NCBI GenBank assembly: GCA_050125095.1
Contig: JASFEA010000052.1
Coordinates: 1 to 19,502, forward strand
DNA: 19,502 bases
Direction of reading: 5' to 3'
Source of the DNA: a bacterium
GTDB lineage: Bacteria > Arandabacterota > Arandabacteria > Arandabacterales > JALGWA01
Position numbers and translations under genes: made by a program
Notes under the pieces: model-generated
What the model saw: the letters and a program-made list of their open reading frames with translations, nothing else
Told to the model about the DNA's origin: nothing
Databases searched by the model: none
In this document: piece by piece, positions 16,155 through 19,502 of the stretch
How the letters are laid out: each line of letters opens with the position of its first letter
How positions within the stretch are numbered: position 1 is the first letter of the stretch

Positions 16155-17327
16155 ATGTCTGACCAGGTGAATATCTCCCGAAGGGTCGGCCAGATCGCGA
16201 AATCGGCGATTCATGAGATGACGCGGCTCTCCAAGGAAGTCGAGGACCCGGCATTCCTGTCATGGGCCAAACCCACGTCGGATACTCCCGAGCATATTAG
16301 GGAGGCGGCCGCAGACGCCATCAAGAAGGGCCTCGTGGGCGGCTACTCGGAGAATGCCGGTATCCCCGCGCTCCGCGAGGAGATCGTCCTTAAGCTCGCG
16401 AGGGACAACGGCATCAAAGCAGACCCTTCGGAGATCATGGTCACGGTGGGGGCCATAGAGGGCCTGGCCGCGGCCGTCATGGCCGTTATAGACCCGGGTG
16501 ATGAGGTTATCCTGCCGAGCCCGACCTATTCGACGCATATTCGCCAGGTCGTAATCGCTTCCGGAAAGCCCGTGCTCGTTCCCACGCTTGAGGATGAGGG
16601 CTTCGCCCTGGACATCGAAGCCATAGAGCGCGCCATTACGCCCAGGACCAGGGCCTTCATGTTCTGCACGCCCAATAACCCCACGGGCACGGTGTTCGCT
16701 GAAGACCAGCTGCGCCGGCTCGCCGAACTGTGCCTGGAGCACGACCTCACGGTCATAACGGACGAAGCTTACGAGTATTTCACATTCGACGGCAACCGCC
16801 ACTTCAGCATAGGTTCCATACCCGAGATGCGGAAGAAAGTCATCTCCTGCTACACCTTCACCAAGACCTACGCCATGACGGGATGGAGGATCGGTTACCT
16901 CCACGCCGCCGCCGAAATGGTTCCCCATATCGGCAAGGCCCACATACCGTTTGCCATTTGCGCCCCGGTGGTATCCCAGTACGCGGCGCTCGCCGCGCTC
17001 AAGGGCCCCCAGGACTGCGTGGCCGGCTTCAGGGACCATTACCTCAAGACGCGGAACCTCATGTGCGAGAGGCTGGACGGCCTGAATTCGGTATTCTCAT
17101 ATCACAGGCCCGAGGGATCCTATCTCATGTTCCCCAGGATACTCCCGGATGAGGGCAAGGACTCCACGGCCTTCTGCAAGAAGCTCCTCAGGGAGGCTCG
17201 CGTCTCCACGACCCCGGGCATAGCTTTCGGGCCCACCGGTCAGCAGCATCTCAGGATGTCCTTCTGCGTACCGGAAGATGAGATAAACAAGGCTTTCGAC
17301 AGGATGGAAGTCTACTTCGGGAAGTGA
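16155..17327 (+). CDS. PLP-dependent aminotransferase class I/II (aspartate aminotransferase-like)
   Basis: GYSENAGIPALRE, PNNPTG, ITDEAY, TFTKTYAMTGWRIG (PLP lysine), PGIAFG...HLRMSF. Confidence 0.93.
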   Translation: MSDQVNISRRVGQIAKSAIHEMTRLSKEVEDPAFLSWAKPTSDTPEHIREAAADAIKKGLVGGYSENAGIPALREEIVLKLARDNGIKADPSEIMVTVGAIEGLAAAVMAVIDPGDEVILPSPTYSTHIRQVVIASGKPVLVPTLEDEGFALDIEAIERAITPRTRAFMFCTPNNPTGTVFAEDQLRRLAELCLEHDLTVITDEAYEYFTFDGNRHFSIGSIPEMRKKVISCYTFTKTYAMTGWRIGYLHAAAEMVPHIGKAHIPFAICAPVVSQYAALAALKGPQDCVAGFRDHYLKTRNLMCERLDGLNSVFSYHRPEGSYLMFPRILPDEGKDSTAFCKKLLREARVSTTPGIAFGPTGQQHLRMSFCVPEDEINKAFDRMEVYFGK

Positions 17328-17422
17328 GCGTCAAGACCCGGCATACCATATCGGCTTATGTCGTGATTCCGCTGACGCTGTCGCGCTGACACAGCGCGCC
17401 GCGGTCCAGGGAGGTGATTCTG

Positions 17423-18244
17423 TTGAGAGTTCTACCGATCATGCTAGCGGCGGCTTTGCTCCTGGCGGCGGGCTGCCGGCGGGAGGGGGCTCCGGAGATG
17501 ACCCGCGCGCCGCTTGCGGCCGGGCCCGGCGACAACGCCACCGCGCGCGACATACTGGAGCGCTATGCCGGCGCCTGGAGGGGCGCGGAAGAGATGAAGC
17601 TTGAAGAGGCCGCTGTGCTCGCCTTCTGGATAGAGGGCGAGGGCGGCGGCGAATACCACATCACGCTCGAGCCCGGCGGACCCGGGCGCCTGGGCGACGG
17701 CATACCCTCTGACTACGCCTTCGGATTCGAGACAGACTTGCAAACCCTGAGGCGCCTAGACCGGGGCGAGTGGAACGCCCTCACGGCGATGGGCCAGGCG
17801 CGGGGCTCGGATCCCATCCCGCTTGTCCCCCGAACGCCTGAGGGATTCGAGTGGACGCGGGAGAACCGCGCCTTCGTGCTGCCGCTAGTCTTCCACTTCT
17901 GGAATCGCGAGTGGCCCGAGCGCGTGCTCTTCGGCGAGGGCGTAACGCGAGAGGTGCACGGCGGGAACGTAGTCATCTTCTACTACAGTGAGGGTCTGCG
18001 GAGCGGCTGGTACCAGGTCAAGCCGGGCATGCACATGAACGCCGACCCGGCCGACCAGACCAACCCGTTTGATACGCTGGTAATCCTTACCCGTGGAACA
18101 GTGACGGCGAGGCTGGGAGGCGCCGAGCGGGTTCTCTCGGAGGGAGAGGCCGTGTTCGTCCCGGCTGGCATGCGGCACGAGTTCTGGGCCGAGGAGCACC
18201 AGTACGGCGAATTCGTGATAGTGATGTACGGGGAGGGGGCGTAG
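17423..18244 (+). CDS. Putative lipoprotein with SCP2-like domain and C-terminal cupin domain
   Basis: GGAGGTG RBS before TTG 17423; lipobox AAGC; cupin motifs LVILTRG and LSEGEAVFVPAGMRHEF. Confidence 0.75.
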   Translation: MRVLPIMLAAALLLAAGCRREGAPEMTRAPLAAGPGDNATARDILERYAGAWRGAEEMKLEEAAVLAFWIEGEGGGEYHITLEPGGPGRLGDGIPSDYAFGFETDLQTLRRLDRGEWNALTAMGQARGSDPIPLVPRTPEGFEWTRENRAFVLPLVFHFWNREWPERVLFGEGVTREVHGGNVVIFYYSEGLRSGWYQVKPGMHMNADPADQTNPFDTLVILTRGTVTARLGGAERVLSEGEAVFVPAGMRHEFWAEEHQYGEFVIVMYGEGA

Positions 18245-18258
18245 CACCCGCGGCGACT

Positions 18259-18357
18259 ATGGACGAAGACCTATCGATGCGGAGGGAGTGGACGCTCAAG
18301 GCCCACGGCAGGCAGATCGTCCTGGTAAAAAAGCCCAACGGGAAAACATCAGCATGA
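18259..18357 (+). pseudogene. 32-codon ORF, likely a truncated gene remnant (MDEDLSMRREWTLKAHGRQIVLVKKPNGKTSA)
   Basis: Translated by hand; resembles from memory the N-terminus of longer hypothetical proteins starting 'LRRKWTLRAHGRQVVFVKK' (unverified); stops at TGA 18355-18357. Confidence 0.45.
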
Positions 18358-18384
18358 AACGGCTGGAATCGCCGTGCAGGAGGC

Positions 18385-18393
18385 TGCTATAAT
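18385..18393 (+). promoter_or_regulatory. Extended -10 promoter element
   Basis: TGcTATAAT upstream of GGAGG RBS and ATG 18431. Confidence 0.6.
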
Positions 18394-18430
18394 CCTGGCG
18401 ACGCTGTGAATTCCAGACTGGAGGTCAGGG

Positions 18431-19502
18431 ATGAACTCACCTGTTGCTCTGCTCCCGCGCTCCCGCGCAAGTCTCTCCCTCTCGGCTGTTCTTGCTCTCG
18501 TTGTCCTTGCCGCCGGCATGCTCGTTTTCCAGGGTTGCGGCGGTGACGGCGGGGGCACCGGACCGTCCGGCGAAACCGAGACCGCTGCAATCAACAGCGC
18601 GACCGCGCTTCAGGAGGACTGCTTCGCCCTTCTTGAAGACCTCTTTGCGGTCACGGACACGGCCTCGGCGGTGGACTCGGTCGTCAAGGTCTTCCGGGCC
18701 GATTCGACGGTTGCCATGGCCGATACCAACAGCCAGGGCATATACGTGGAGTACAAGTGCGGCATGAGGGGCGGCATTATCCTCGACTACAGGGATGATC
18801 CCGTCGGCCCGGGCCCTTCGCCTCCCGGACCCCCCGATGGGGCCGGGCGTGGCGGTAAATGGCTGGGCCGCGCCCGCCACGCCGGCGAGGCCCGCGGCGG
18901 TCTTACCGCTCTCGGTTCTGTGCCCGCTGACAAGAGGACCGTGATCCTCAATCCGCATTACTATGAGAGGGATGAATATACGGATCTCATCGTCGAGACC
19001 TATGACGAGTACTTCCCGGTGCCCGGCTTCTATGAGCCCGAGACGTACTTCAACGAGGAGTGCAGGCTGGAGAAATTCACCTTCCTGGAAAGCTACGGCA
19101 TCGTGCACCTGTATTCGCATGGCTGGGCATGGCCGAGCGACTCCTATATAGTGACCGTCTACATGATGACCGGGGAGACGGTGAACGAACGCACCTCCAA
19201 CATCTACTGGCGGGACATCACAGAAGGGGACGTGCCGCTTGTAATAGGCCCGCACGGCCACAAGTACTTCATAAGCCCCGACTTCGTCGCCAAGTGGAAT
19301 AACTTCGAGGCGGATACCACGCTCATCTACGGCGGATTCTGCTACAGCATGCTGGGGGGCTGGGGCGGCGCCCTCATGGACGCCGGGGCAGGGGGCTATT
19401 TCGGGTTCAACTGGTCGGTTTACACCAACTGGAACGCGGGCTGGGCGATCAGCCTATTCACGGAGATGAGCGACACGCTTCGCATACATCCCATGACAAC
19501 GG
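18431..19502 (+). CDS. 3'-truncated lipoprotein with putative clan CD (caspase/gingipain/CHAT-like) cysteine peptidase domain
   Basis: Not in the ORF track (no stop in window). Open frame MNSPVALL...LVFQGC (Cys36); YGIVHLYSHG (His230), LIYGGFCYS (Cys304), then AGAGGYFGF. Confidence 0.75.
   Translation, partial: MNSPVALLPRSRASLSLSAVLALVVLAAGMLVFQGCGGDGGGTGPSGETETAAINSATALQEDCFALLEDLFAVTDTASAVDSVVKVFRADSTVAMADTNSQGIYVEYKCGMRGGIILDYRDDPVGPGPSPPGPPDGAGRGGKWLGRARHAGEARGGLTALGSVPADKRTVILNPHYYERDEYTDLIVETYDEYFPVPGFYEPETYFNEECRLEKFTFLESYGIVHLYSHGWAWPSDSYIVTVYMMTGETVNERTSNIYWRDITEGDVPLVIGPHGHKYFISPDFVAKWNNFEADTTLIYGGFCYSMLGGWGGALMDAGAGGYFGFNWSVYTNWNAGWAISLFTEMSDTLRIHPMTT

Noticed and set aside
16260-17039. 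259-aa minus-strand ORF
   Set aside because: Antisense to the aminotransferase.
18437-19261. 274-aa minus-strand ORF
   Set aside because: Antisense shadow of the plus-strand lipoprotein starting at 18431.

Overview
GC-rich bacterial window with canonical sigma70-type promoters and GGAGG ribosome-binding sites, dominated by exported proteins; the FlgD/T9SS-like tail suggests an FCB-related candidate lineage (inference). It holds three paralogous genes of an uncharacterised 'CLHDEY...GLPP..PWWG' family (two clear lipoproteins, one 5'-truncated tandem duplicate), two Cys-rich beta-helix proteins, a PD40-type propeller, an M10-like metalloprotease, an RND pump pair, a malic enzyme with a Lys/Ala-rich N-extension, a PLP aminotransferase, an SCP2-cupin lipoprotein, small hypothetical proteins and a 3'-truncated clan-CD-like protease lipoprotein missing from the ORF track. 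The most striking signal is a shared ~15-aa tail, (E-P)-x-T-[WFL]-G-x-[IM]-K-x-x-[YF]-[RK], present 6 times in 5 genes from two unrelated exported families: a candidate protein-sorting signal. No rRNA, tRNA, CRISPR array or mobile element was recognised.
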